DNA of 64,000 nt, from NCBI GenBank assembly GCA_963771885.1, contig CAVYVF010000002.1, positions 128,001 through 192,000 on the forward strand. Direction: 5' to 3'. The notes under the pieces are model-generated. The model was not told the DNA's origin and did not search any database. It saw only the letters and a program-made list of their open reading frames with translations. Shown piece after piece: positions 40,183-49,115 of the stretch. This DNA comes from Candidatus Bathyarchaeota archaeon (GTDB lineage: Archaea > Thermoproteota > Bathyarchaeia > TCS64). Position 1 is the stretch's first letter; every line of letters starts with the position of its first letter. The translations under genes were made by a program, and so were the position numbers.

Positions 40183-40340
40183 GCCTCTTTATTATTTCAA
40201 CTATTATTAACAGTGATGGATTTTTAATAGATATTATTTTATAAAAATTGTAGATGATGTAATAGCGCAGCGTAGAGATCCAAACAAACCATCTAATTGA
40301 ATTAATGTATATCATTACAGTATGATTAACAAGCTTAGAG

Positions 40341-40856
40341 TCAACCCCGAATACGTTGATTCTTAAGAGACTCTATGCTTGAAAAACACTCAGACTCACC
40401 CCACCCGCCATCATTCCGCCTCTTAACACACTCTGCGTACAATCTCTCAAGGAGTGTCTCTCTATCAACTCCTACCGTTCTCAAAGCCTCATCGAGGGCA
40501 TCCACTGCCCCGTCGTAATACAACTTCAGTGTCTTTTCGTAGTGGGGATCAAGGTTCTCACTCTCCCCCTTCCACTCGAAGCTAGTCTCATACTTGTATA
40601 CGGCTATGGCAGTTATGTAGACTCCCCATTTGGATGCGAGGCAGTCAACTTTCTCTTTCCCTTCGAGTAGTTCGCATGCCTGCGATAAACAGCGGGCTTC
40701 TTTAATGTAGGAACCTAGCTCATGGTGTGCCGCTGCGGCCTTTCTGAAGAGAGCTATTCTCTGTTGGTCGTCTATGGCTTGCGCCGCTTGATCCTCGTAG
40801 AGCCTAGCCAACTCGAAGCGGTTACCCGAAGTCTCCGTGGTGTCTGATTCTTCCAC
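40341..40856 (-). CDS. Hypothetical helical protein
   Basis: 171-aa ORF; no family recognised. Confidence 0.55.
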   Translation of the reverse strand: MEESDTTETSGNRFELARLYEDQAAQAIDDQQRIALFRKAAAAHHELGSYIKEARCLSQACELLEGKEKVDCLASKWGVYITAIAVYKYETSFEWKGESENLDPHYEKTLKLYYDGAVDALDEALRTVGVDRETLLERLYAECVKRRNDGGWGESECFSSIESLKNQRIRG

Positions 40857-40943
40857 AGTGTATTACTTATGCAACTCATCTAAATAACCAATTTCTATCA
40901 AGACGCTCCTTAAAAGTGGCGTAAAAACACCACGCGTGCGCAA

Positions 40944-41084
40944 CTAGTTCAAGGGTCTAACAGACCGTGGAGGGTAATACTTCTTTGTCCCTCGAATCGT
41001 CTTCAACGCACCAAGAATTTGATCGTCCCGCTTTTCAGATTCTGTTAATGGTCTATACCCTTTCTTCGCATCTTTCATCTTCAT
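40944..41084 (-). CDS. Small basic ORF (46 aa), absent from the ORF track
   Basis: MKMKDAKKGYRPLTESEKRDDQILGALKTIRGTKKYYPPRSVRPLN; GGAG upstream. Confidence 0.4.
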   Translation of the reverse strand: MKMKDAKKGYRPLTESEKRDDQILGALKTIRGTKKYYPPRSVRPLN

Positions 41085-41149
41085 CAATTAGTCAACTCCA
41101 TTAATCTTTTTTTGAGGGAAATTTAGAACCTCTACACGCACCCGCGCAT

Positions 41150-41481
41150 TTGGGGGGTGCCCAGGCGAGATTACCTCGCTGAACCCCGCTTTGGCGTTGT
41201 CAACTGGGGAGTGCAGAAATCTCAACCAGCCAAAGCCAGTCAAGCTCCTTTACAGTCCACTCCTCAAGGCTCCGCGGCTTTCAGGTCTTACACTGCTTCG
41301 ACCTTTCGTCCGCTCCCACCTGGACAAATGCAATCAATGCCGCCAGGATATAAGCGCATTCCATTGTTCTCAGCTATCAACTAATGATTTTTCAGCCTAT
41401 AATAATGCCCCTACATGCGCTGTATCAAGCAAATCTCAATCGAGGTCTAAATACGTCAAAATATTGTATCCCTTAGCACGA
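41150..41481 (-). ncRNA. Candidate large structured ncRNA, copy 1
   Basis: Homologous to 44466-44796 with indels; nested stems whose mismatches become G-U pairs on the minus strand. Confidence 0.55.
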
Positions 41482-41532
41482 TATCTTATTGACGCGTTTA
41501 AGAATAATGAAATTCATAGAGCAGTAAAGACG

Positions 41533-41859
41533 TTAGTCCTTTGACTTCCTCTTAGCTTTCCCAATCTCTTCCTGAGCCTTCCCCTCGAGTTGCTCAATCT
41601 TACCCTTAAGCTGCTCAGTCTTATTATCAGTAATTTTCCCAATTTCCTCACGAATCTGGCCCTTGATCTTCTTTCCTCTACCCTCAAATTCAGCATCGCT
41701 CATATCGGTAACTTTACCCACATTCTCTTGAACAGTCCCCTCCGCCTGCTCAAGTTTGCCCTTGAGCTGCTCCGTCTTATTATCCGTGATTTTGCCTACT
41801 TCTTCACGGATCTGGCCCTTGAGTTTCTTCGCTCTACCTTCAACTTCGTCTTTGTTCAT
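41533..41859 (-). CDS. CsbD-family stress protein with two tandem CsbD units
   Basis: Two copies of EG+xK+xKGQIREExGKITDNKTEQLKGKxEQxEG. Confidence 0.88.
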   Translation of the reverse strand: MNKDEVEGRAKKLKGQIREEVGKITDNKTEQLKGKLEQAEGTVQENVGKVTDMSDAEFEGRGKKIKGQIREEIGKITDNKTEQLKGKIEQLEGKAQEEIGKAKRKSKD

Positions 41860-42008
41860 GTTTGCAGGATAAGAAGCGCGGTTTATAAATGAAGGCAGAT
41901 AGAAGAGGACCCGCAATTTTGACTATGTTGAATTTTTTATATTTAATCACGCATAGATTTTTTTAATTATTTTGGGGTAAGGGTTTATCTTTATGATTTT
42001 CATAAAAC

Positions 42009-42074
42009 TATGCTAAAGGAACGCCATACTCCCTTAGCCTCCGTAGTAGGGGCCGAAGAGGCCCCGAACCCTCA
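42009..42074 (-). ncRNA. Candidate two-hairpin small RNA, copy 1
   Basis: 56 nt identical to 46735-46790; hairpins GGGGCC-UCUUC-GGCCCC and GCUAAGGGAGU-AUGGC-GUUCCUUUAGC. Confidence 0.5.
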
Positions 42075-42169
42075 ATATCGCTCACAAATCGAATGCGATT
42101 ATATAATTAATATTATCATTAGTAAAACGTGTATCTAGGTAAAGTAACTATTAAGCAGATAATAATGCT

Positions 42170-42355
42170 CTAATGTCCGATATCTGCCTCATCTTGCTTG
42201 GCTGTTTCTACATAGCAATCCATGCAAGCCTCCCCAAGTGTGGGGATATAGGCTATAAAAGTCGTCAATTTTTTATCACATTTGATGCATCTCCGCACCA
42301 AACTAGGGCTTGTAATATTTATCATCCAAAATTCCTCACTACTGCATCCACACAC
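42170..42355 (-). CDS. Small Cys-rich (zinc-finger-like) protein
   Basis: CIKC...CMDC; paralog at 46889-47074 keeps the reading frame. Confidence 0.65.
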   Translation of the reverse strand: MCGCSSEEFWMINITSPSLVRRCIKCDKKLTTFIAYIPTLGEACMDCYVETAKQDEADIGH

Positions 42356-42373
42356 TATTCAGCCCGAAAGCAA

Positions 42374-42532
42374 TCATCCGGTAGCAATATTTCTACCCTG
42401 AATGAATCGGATGAGCACGACTATAACCGCGATGACCAGCAATGCATGGATCAAACTTCCGCCGATGTTACCAATCAGCCCAAGCACCCAGAGAACCACG
42501 AGGATCGCTACAATAGTCCATACAATATCCAT
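42374..42532 (-). CDS. lmo0937/DUF5670-family small membrane protein (52 aa)
   Basis: MDIVWTIVAILVVLWVLGLIGNIGGSLIHALLVIAVIVVLIRFIQGRNIATG; below the ORF-track cutoff. Confidence 0.85.
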   Translation of the reverse strand: MDIVWTIVAILVVLWVLGLIGNIGGSLIHALLVIAVIVVLIRFIQGRNIATG

Positions 42533-42537
42533 TCAAC

Positions 42538-42729
42538 TCAACTCCTGTGAGCGCGCTCGAGTTTATCCTTCTCCTTCTCGATACCTTTCTTAAGGTTATG
42601 AGCGCCCTTACCCAAGGCTTTTCCCACTTCCTCAGCCTTATCCTCGATGGCATCGCCTGCCTTTTTTGCGCCTTTAGCTAGGTCTTTTCCCGCTTTCTCT
42701 AACTTTTTCTCAATTGTTTTTGGTGACAA
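42538..42729 (-). CDS. LEA/hydrophilin-like small protein
   Basis: Amphipathic K/E/A/G repeats (LEKAGKDLAKGAKKAGDAIEDKAEEVGK); TTG start. Confidence 0.7.
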   Translation of the reverse strand: MSPKTIEKKLEKAGKDLAKGAKKAGDAIEDKAEEVGKALGKGAHNLKKGIEKEKDKLERAHRS

Positions 42730-43143
42730 GTAACATCTAATTTGATAGGGGAAGCATTCAATATAAACCGGCGCGCGCGCTTCATCGCTCACGCACACAG
42801 TTACTCCGGCGAATAATCACGATGAGTTGCGCGGGTGGCTCGATCTGCATAATTATTCAGTAACCACATTTCTTCCCTGAATGAGCCTAATGCACGCGCG
42901 CTCTTCTGGTTGGCGCTTTGGGTGACGAGACTCTAACTGTCAAGATGCGCTTGTTCTGAGTTTAGGGCCAAGGCAGCGTGTGCGCGATTTATTCAAAAGC
43001 CTTATTGTTCCGTAGTTTAGCTATGAAGAAACCGCGTGCGCACTATACGCCTCTCCACGGAAAGGGGGAGGTAAGTAGATGAATCGCATGCAACGGTGTC
43101 AGTTTTAAATTTATATGTTGGAAATGAACTATTATAGGTTAAC

Positions 43144-44361
43144 TTGTACCTTGGATCGACTTCTTCAATCAAAGTTCTACTTGTCGACGACGAACCCGCC
43201 GTTATGGACATAACAAAACTGAATCTCGAAGCAGCCGACACATCGTTCAAGATAACCCTCGCCCCCACGCCAAAAGACGCACTCACCCTCCTCAAAGGAG
43301 AGTCCTTCGACTGCATAGTCTCCGACTACATCATGCCGGAGATGAATGGCATCGAACTCTGCACCGAGATTAAGAAGACCCGGAAAATCCCGTTCTTAAT
43401 ATACACCGCTAGGGGAAGCGAAGAAGTCGCCTCCGCCGCCTTCTCAGCGGGAGTCGACGACTATGTGAGGAAGGAACCGAATCTCGCCCATTTTGCCTTA
43501 CTTGCGCGAAGGATCAGACAGTCAGTAGAGAAGAATAAGGTTGAGGAGTTCAAAGCCGCGGCCAACAAGGAGCTAGCCGAAACAAATGTTGGACTGAAAG
43601 AATCCTACGCAGAACTAGCAAAGGCAAGAACGGCTGCCCAAGAACACGCGGACAAGCTTGAGGGGATAGTTGAGAATGGGAGAGCCAAGCTGCGGGTTAG
43701 TGAGGAGAGGCTGCGTAAGTTGCAGCAGATGGATACGATTAGCAGGATTGGGGCAGTCGTGGCGCATGATCTCCGTGGTCCGCTTGTGACTATTAGTCAG
43801 GCATCGGAGATGGCCCGGGTGAGGCAGGAGCTATCTGAGAAGATGCTTGAGTTGATCGCTGAGAACGCGAGGAGGTCCCTGGAGATGATTGAGGAGTTCA
43901 GGGAGGGCACAAGGGAGGTGAAGGCGGAGAAGAGAAGCGCGGATTTATCATCTCTAGTTAAGAAGACAGTGGAGGAGATGACTAGGCCGGGTAACGTCTC
44001 ACTCGACCTTAACCTGGGGGAGGGTTTGGATGCTGTTTCGCTTGACCCCGGGTTGATTCGTAGAGTGTTTGTGAATCTTGTCCAGAACGGTGTGGAGGCG
44101 ATGCCTGAGGGTGGAAGGCTTACCGTTTCGGCTAAGCGTAATGACGGCGATGCTGTGATTGAGGTCTGTGATACGGGTGTGGGCATCAAGGATGAGGATC
44201 AGAAGCACATCTTTGAGCCTTTATTCACTAGGAAGAAGGGTGGCTTGGGGCTCGGGCTGTACTTTGTTCAGATGGCTGTGTTTGCGCATGGTGGTGTTGT
44301 TAACTTTGAGTCAGGACCCGCTAAAGGGACAACTTTCAGGGTAGTATTGCCTATTGCCTAA
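43144..44361 (+). CDS. Hybrid histidine kinase (REC-coiled coil-HisKA-HATPase)
   Basis: LVDDE, VSDYIMP, AHDLRGPL, NLVQNGVEA, DTGVGI, GLGLGL. Confidence 0.9.
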   Translation: MYLGSTSSIKVLLVDDEPAVMDITKLNLEAADTSFKITLAPTPKDALTLLKGESFDCIVSDYIMPEMNGIELCTEIKKTRKIPFLIYTARGSEEVASAAFSAGVDDYVRKEPNLAHFALLARRIRQSVEKNKVEEFKAAANKELAETNVGLKESYAELAKARTAAQEHADKLEGIVENGRAKLRVSEERLRKLQQMDTISRIGAVVAHDLRGPLVTISQASEMARVRQELSEKMLELIAENARRSLEMIEEFREGTREVKAEKRSADLSSLVKKTVEEMTRPGNVSLDLNLGEGLDAVSLDPGLIRRVFVNLVQNGVEAMPEGGRLTVSAKRNDGDAVIEVCDTGVGIKDEDQKHIFEPLFTRKKGGLGLGLYFVQMAVFAHGGVVNFESGPAKGTTFRVVLPIA

Positions 44362-44465
44362 ACAACTCCTAATAGATTAGTATCGGCTAGAAGTGAGAAT
44401 AAAAATAACCGGTGCGCACAGCTCCTATCCTATTGAAGAGAAGGAGAAACACTTCACGCTCGCTC

Positions 44466-44796
44466 TTGGGGGGTGCCCAGGGGAGATTACCGCGCTGACC
44501 CCGCTTTGGCGTGATCAGCTGGGGAATGTAGGTGTCTCAGCCAGCCAAAGCCAGCCAAGCTCCTTCGCAGCCCACTCCTCACGGCTCTGCGGCTTTCAGG
44601 TCTTCCACTACTTGGACCTTTCATCCGCTCCCACCTGGGCAAAAGCAACTACATCCGCCGGGGTATAAGCGCGTTCCATTGTACTCAGCTATCAATTAGT
44701 GGTTTCTCAGCCTCCAATAGCGCCCACATATGCGCTGAATCAGCTAAATCAATGTCGAGGCCTGAAAGGGCCGATATATTGTGTCTTTTTGCGCGA
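44466..44796 (-). ncRNA. Candidate large structured ncRNA, copy 2
   Basis: TGCCCAGG/CCTGGGCA closing stem; GCTGA/TCAGC, AGGTC/GACCT and AAAGCC/GGCTTT stems; homologous to 41150-41481. Confidence 0.55.
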
Positions 44797-44844
44797 ACAC
44801 CTACTTGAAAACAGGATCGTCACGAAACCTGAATAGGTAATATT

Positions 44845-45057
44845 CTACTCCTCATCCTCTCCGCGTTCCTCCTCTTCTTTTTCCTCGGGATTCTCTACAG
44901 AATATTCCTCCTCCTTCTCCCACTCCTCCCGATCCTCTCTCTCATCCTCCTGACTTTCCTCCTCTTCTTTCTCTATTTCCTCTTCCTCGTGTTCTTTCTC
45001 GCGCTCCTCTTCATGTTCAGCCTCACGGGTCTCCCGCTCGCTTTCAGAGTAGTTCAT
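44845..45057 (-). CDS. Extremely acidic small protein (38 of 70 residues Glu)
   Basis: ATG preceded by GGAG and an upstream TTTAAAA. Confidence 0.55.
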   Translation of the reverse strand: MNYSESERETREAEHEEEREKEHEEEEIEKEEEESQEDEREDREEWEKEEEYSVENPEEKEEEERGEDEE

Positions 45058-45215
45058 CTACGTCTTCTCCTAAGACTGCCCTAAAGATCCCAGAATTTTA
45101 AATGATCCTTAATATTTCGTACACAATTTAACGGCGCGTGCGACTTTACCTGGCATTATCGGGGTATTTTGTTTATTGGAGATGCATTATCTAGTTTCGC
45201 GCCAATTACTGTGTC

Positions 45216-45584
45216 TTATACACCCCATACGCTTCGGAGGTAAACAGATATTTTACCCCCTTCTATCCTCAACTCGTACGTCTTCAGATCACTTGTAGTT
45301 CCCCTATGCATGAAGAGCTTCGGCCCCTGGATGTTCTTCCCGCTTGTTACATCGAATCGAGACCCGTGGACTGGGCAGGAGATTATGTTCCCTTCAATGA
45401 CACCGTTGGAGAAGTCTCCTAGCTTATGGGGACAATGATTGGCGATGGCATAGAATTTGTTGTCGACATTAATTATGAGGATCTCCTCCTCCTTGATCTT
45501 CACAACCTTCATCTTGCCTACGGGGATCTCGGCGGTCTCTGCGACATACGTGAATGATGACTCAGGGTTTGCCATAACAATCAA
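45216..45584 (-). CDS. Rieske [2Fe-2S] ferredoxin
   Basis: CPH...CPVHGSRFD. Confidence 0.88.
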   Translation of the reverse strand: MIVMANPESSFTYVAETAEIPVGKMKVVKIKEEEILIINVDNKFYAIANHCPHKLGDFSNGVIEGNIISCPVHGSRFDVTSGKNIQGPKLFMHRGTTSDLKTYELRIEGGKISVYLRSVWGV

Positions 45585-45840
45585 TTAGGACTAAGGATTT
45601 GTATGTAATAAACAGTCCATAATCGCGTGCGTATGCGCGCGCATATCGATAATTTATCCAAAATTCTCCTGAACAGTTCTCTTCGCGCGCGAAATGTCAG
45701 AGTATAATAATCAAAATAATCTAACATATAAATTAAACCCATAATTAGCTAACCTTTTTTAAAATTTAGTTTCCAATGCATAAATTTAAACGAAAATGAA
45801 AGTCTTAATAACCTCAACCGAAGGTGCTAGTCGATAAGAT

Positions 45841-46140
45841 ATGACGATAACGGCACCAATCCAGAATGAAGTACTAAAGGTATTACTCCAAAGCAGAAGA
45901 CCCCTATCATTGAGACAACTAACTCATAGCTGCTCCCTCACATACCATCAGGTAGCAAGTTGCCTAGGAGCACTTCAGTCAAAAGGCTATGTGAGAAAAG
46001 TAAAAACTGGCATTTACGAGGTCACTGAAGACGCAAAACTTGTGGAGCTCTCTCCCGAGACCCAAATTAGGATACTTAAAGATAAGATTGGTGAACTCGA
46101 GAATATTATAAAATCCCTTATGATAAAAATTCATAAGTAA
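45841..46140 (+). CDS. Winged-helix protein with a C-terminal coiled coil
   Basis: LSLRQL...LQSKGYVRKVKTGIY. Confidence 0.7.
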   Translation: MTITAPIQNEVLKVLLQSRRPLSLRQLTHSCSLTYHQVASCLGALQSKGYVRKVKTGIYEVTEDAKLVELSPETQIRILKDKIGELENIIKSLMIKIHK

Positions 46141-46459
46141 ATAAATTAATTTGACCCTTAATCGTGCGCGTGTGAATTGCATCGTGGTTTAGCTCGCGCG
46201 CGGAAGATTTTCCAGTTTAAATTTCTAGCTTCTCTGAAAGCACTATATGCAATTTGGCCAAAAAAAGGTGAAAAAGTGGATGACGCTGGAAAAGACTTGG
46301 CACCGGGATTGGAGGAAGGCGCCGCTGAACTTTAGAAAGGAATCAAAGCCGATGAGAGATAAAATCGTGAAATTGTTAAGGAAATAATTAAATAAAATTG
46401 AATGCAATCAAACTGACTGATTTAAAAAACTTTCACATTCGCGTAACTAGGCCGATACT

Positions 46460-46630
46460 CTATTCTTTCGCCTTCCGCTTAATTTTCCCAACGGTCTCCT
46501 GGACATCGCCTTGGACCTGCTCGATCTTACCCTTGACCTGCTCAGTCTTATTATCCGTGATTTTGCCTACTTCTTCACGGATCTGACCCTTGAGTTTCTT
46601 CGCCTTACCTTCAACTTCGTCTTTGCTCAT
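46460..46630 (-). CDS. CsbD-family stress protein (single unit)
   Basis: MSKDEVEGKAKKLKGQIREEVGKITDN. Confidence 0.88.
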   Translation of the reverse strand: MSKDEVEGKAKKLKGQIREEVGKITDNKTEQVKGKIEQVQGDVQETVGKIKRKAKE

Positions 46631-46734
46631 GTTTACCGGATGAGAAGCGCTGTTAATAAATGAGGACAGGATCGAAGGATGCACGTATTCGGCAATAGGT
46701 AAGGGTTTATCTATAGGGGTTTTTAATTTCCTTT

Positions 46735-46799
46735 TATGCTAAAGGAACGCCATACTCCCTTAGCCTCCGTAGTAGGGGCCGAAGAGGCCCGAACACTCA
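46735..46799 (-). ncRNA. Candidate two-hairpin small RNA, copy 2
   Basis: See copy 1; a TATA-like element lies about 25-30 nt upstream on the minus strand in both copies. Confidence 0.5.
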
Positions 46800-46888
46800 C
46801 AAGAGCTAAAAAATCGAATGTGATTATAAAATTTATGCTAATATTAATAAAACGTGGACCTGCGTGTGGTTACTGAGCAGATCATAAT

Positions 46889-47074
46889 TTAATGTCGAAT
46901 GTTTGCCTCATCTTGCCTGGCTGTTTCTACATAACAATCCATGCAGGCCTCCCCTAACGAGGGGATATAGGCTATAAAAGTGGTTAATTTTCTATCACAT
47001 TTTACGCATCTCGGCACCAAGCTCGGACTTGTTGTATTTATCATTCCAAATTCCCCTATATCGCATCCACACAC
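46889..47074 (-). CDS. Small Cys-rich (zinc-finger-like) protein, paralog
   Basis: CVKC...CMDC. Confidence 0.65.
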   Translation of the reverse strand: MCGCDIGEFGMINTTSPSLVPRCVKCDRKLTTFIAYIPSLGEACMDCYVETARQDEANIRH

Positions 47075-47092
47075 TACTCAGCTTATTGTAAA

Positions 47093-47251
47093 CTATCCGG
47101 TGGTGATGTTTCTACCCTGAATTAATCGGATGAGTACGACGATAACCGCGATCACTAGCAATGCGTGGATCAAGCTTCCACCGATATTACCAAGCAGCCC
47201 AAGCACCCAGAGAACCACGAGGATCACTACAATAGTCCATATTATGTCCAT
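47093..47251 (-). CDS. lmo0937/DUF5670-family small membrane protein
   Basis: MDIIWTIVVILVVLWVLGLLGNIGGSLIHALLVIAVIVVLIRLIQGRNITTG. Confidence 0.85.
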   Translation of the reverse strand: MDIIWTIVVILVVLWVLGLLGNIGGSLIHALLVIAVIVVLIRLIQGRNITTG

Positions 47252-47256
47252 TCAAC

Positions 47257-47448
47257 TCAACCCCTGTGAGCGCGTTCGAGTTTATCCTTCTCTTTCTCGA
47301 TACCCTTCTTGAGGTTATGAGCGCCTTTACTCACGGCTTTTCCTACTTCTTCAGCCTTATCCTCTATGGTGTCGCCTGCTTTTTTAGCGCCTTTAGCTAA
47401 GTCTTTTCCCGCCTTCTCTAACTTTTTCTCAATGGTTTTTGGTGACAA
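47257..47448 (-). CDS. LEA/hydrophilin-like small protein, paralog
   Basis: Near-identical protein to 42538-42729. Confidence 0.7.
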   Translation of the reverse strand: MSPKTIEKKLEKAGKDLAKGAKKAGDTIEDKAEEVGKAVSKGAHNLKKGIEKEKDKLERAHRG

Positions 47449-47842
47449 GAAACATTCAATATGATCGAGGAAGCATTGAATATAAACTGGAATCTTTGCG
47501 TCTAGAAGCTTTATCGCGTCTCTCACAAAAAGATCAATTAGACGAGGTGGCCGCTTTAGGAAGGTCATCCTCACCCAGATTCAACTATAAGGATTTCAAT
47601 AAATTCGAACATGTGTTTTTTCACTCATCGTAATCATCATATGCCGTTGCTCTGAAGCTTGTGCATTGATGAGCGAGCGGCTTGGTCTGCATCATTATTC
47701 AGATACAATACTTATTCTCCGAATGAGCCTAATGCACGCGACTCATGGTTGATTGATAAATATCGCTGTTAACAAAGTAAAGAATGTAAGTACACCGTAG
47801 ATATCTAATAAATAGCAGGGTTCCTTACCTCCAACGAGTTAA

Positions 47843-48454
47843 TTGAGTAACACAAACCCACTTCTTGAAGCAAATAAAGTAGTACTCAAAAAGAGAATTC
47901 TCTCCTTATGGGAACATTACGATTTTGAGACTCCTGAAGGAATAAAACTCGGCGAAGCCGACGCCAACCTAATTCAGCTACCCGCAAGATTCAACATCCA
48001 CGACGCAAATGGCGCTGAAGCAATGCACATTGAAGGGAAACTGATCTCGCTAAGACCACAATACACCATATATGACCCCGAAGGAGTTGAACTTGGAACA
48101 ATTACCAAGAAACTGGTAAAGTTGATAGGCACCGAGTTCTGGGTGGAGAAGGATGGCGTTGAATTCATGCGAATCTATGGGGATTTCACGGAGCATGAAT
48201 ACAATATAATCGTCGACAAAGTCCAAGTAGCGACTGTTCACAGGAAGTGGATCTCAATACGCGACCAACTCGAAGTCTCCATCACAGGCGAGTTTGACCA
48301 CCGAGTTGTACTTGGAGCCGTCACGGTGATCGAGCACATATCTTATACGGAGAGGGAAAACAAAGCCGCTCTCTCGACAACTGCATCTAAGAAAGCAAAA
48401 AATCAAACCTCAGAAAAAGATAAGCAGATGAGTAAGAAGACCGCACACGCATAA
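47843..48454 (+). CDS. LURP-one/Tubby C-like protein
   Basis: IYGDFTEHEYNI...VATVHRKWISIRD...VTVIE. Confidence 0.75.
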   Translation: MSNTNPLLEANKVVLKKRILSLWEHYDFETPEGIKLGEADANLIQLPARFNIHDANGAEAMHIEGKLISLRPQYTIYDPEGVELGTITKKLVKLIGTEFWVEKDGVEFMRIYGDFTEHEYNIIVDKVQVATVHRKWISIRDQLEVSITGEFDHRVVLGAVTVIEHISYTERENKAALSTTASKKAKNQTSEKDKQMSKKTAHA

Positions 48455-48537
48455 CTCCTTTTCACGTTTAATACGAACTAAATTCATTGTTACTGCGTCC
48501 GAACATAACGGTCATTTTTTTAGGAGGTGTGTTCTTT

Positions 48538-49053
48538 CTAGAAGTGATTCATGACAAAATCGCGAACACGTCTGTGATCAGTCATAATCAAAACTATCTT
48601 TTTCGCGACCCTGATTAGTTGCACATCAAACAATCGAGTGATGACGAGAGAAAACACGAACACAAAAACACCGATAAAAACTCCGCCAACCACATCTATT
48701 GTACCATATAACAAAATGATGAGGGCCGTTACTATACCGCTCATCAGACCCATTATTGAGGATCTTATGATAAAGTAAAGTCTCTGCAACCAGGTGGAGA
48801 GTAATAGGACCTTGATTATCGCTCTTTTTCCGACCTCGTTTTTATCTTCAGATCCAACTCCCCCAACTTCTTTTAGAATATGTTTAGTATAATTAATATC
48901 TGATAAATTCAATATTGTCTCTGCGTAATCCGCGTCATATAAATCAAAAGAGGTAGCGTCTTCAAGCTCCGCCAGTATTCTCTTCGAGATCTCCTCCACC
49001 TCATATTCTATCGCATTTACAAAGTAAGTTGTACTTTTTTCATCAGCCAACAC
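48538..49053 (-). CDS. Hypothetical membrane protein (2 TM)
   Basis: C-terminal hydrophobic hairpin. Confidence 0.55.
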   Translation of the reverse strand: MLADEKSTTYFVNAIEYEVEEISKRILAELEDATSFDLYDADYAETILNLSDINYTKHILKEVGGVGSEDKNEVGKRAIIKVLLLSTWLQRLYFIIRSSIMGLMSGIVTALIILLYGTIDVVGGVFIGVFVFVFSLVITRLFDVQLIRVAKKIVLIMTDHRRVRDFVMNHF

Positions 49054-49115
49054 AATTCACCAAATTTTGCCTTGTATGCTCTCGCGTAATTTGACTTCTT
49101 TTTCAAATATTCAAG

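Larger units (their letters stand above)
41533..42900 (-). repeat. Stress cassette duplicate A (LEA-like, lmo0937-like, Cys-rich peptide, hairpin element, CsbD)
   Basis: Same gene order and clear nucleotide homology with 46460-47740. Confidence 0.9.
46460..47740 (-). repeat. Stress cassette duplicate B
   Basis: Diverged direct repeat of 41533-42900, including upstream GAATGAGCCTAATGCACGCG. Confidence 0.9.

Noticed and set aside
41150..41481. The duplicated element as RNase P RNA, SRP RNA or tmRNA
   Set aside because: GGA(C/T)GAAAGGTC and GCGCTTATA only loosely recall RNase P conserved regions, are in the wrong order and give no P4 pairing. There is no SRP helix-8 motif and no tRNA-like ends.
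41157..41544. Plus-strand ORFs over the element (75 aa, 117 aa, and 91 aa at 44393) and the short minus-strand ORF MECAYILAAL... versus MERAYTPADV...
   Set aside because: The plus-strand frames are not preserved between copies. The minus-strand ORF has many non-synonymous changes and an earlier stop in copy 2.
42009..46799. Repeats as a CRISPR array
   Set aside because: There are only two copies about 4.7 kb apart, with no spacer periodicity and no cas genes.
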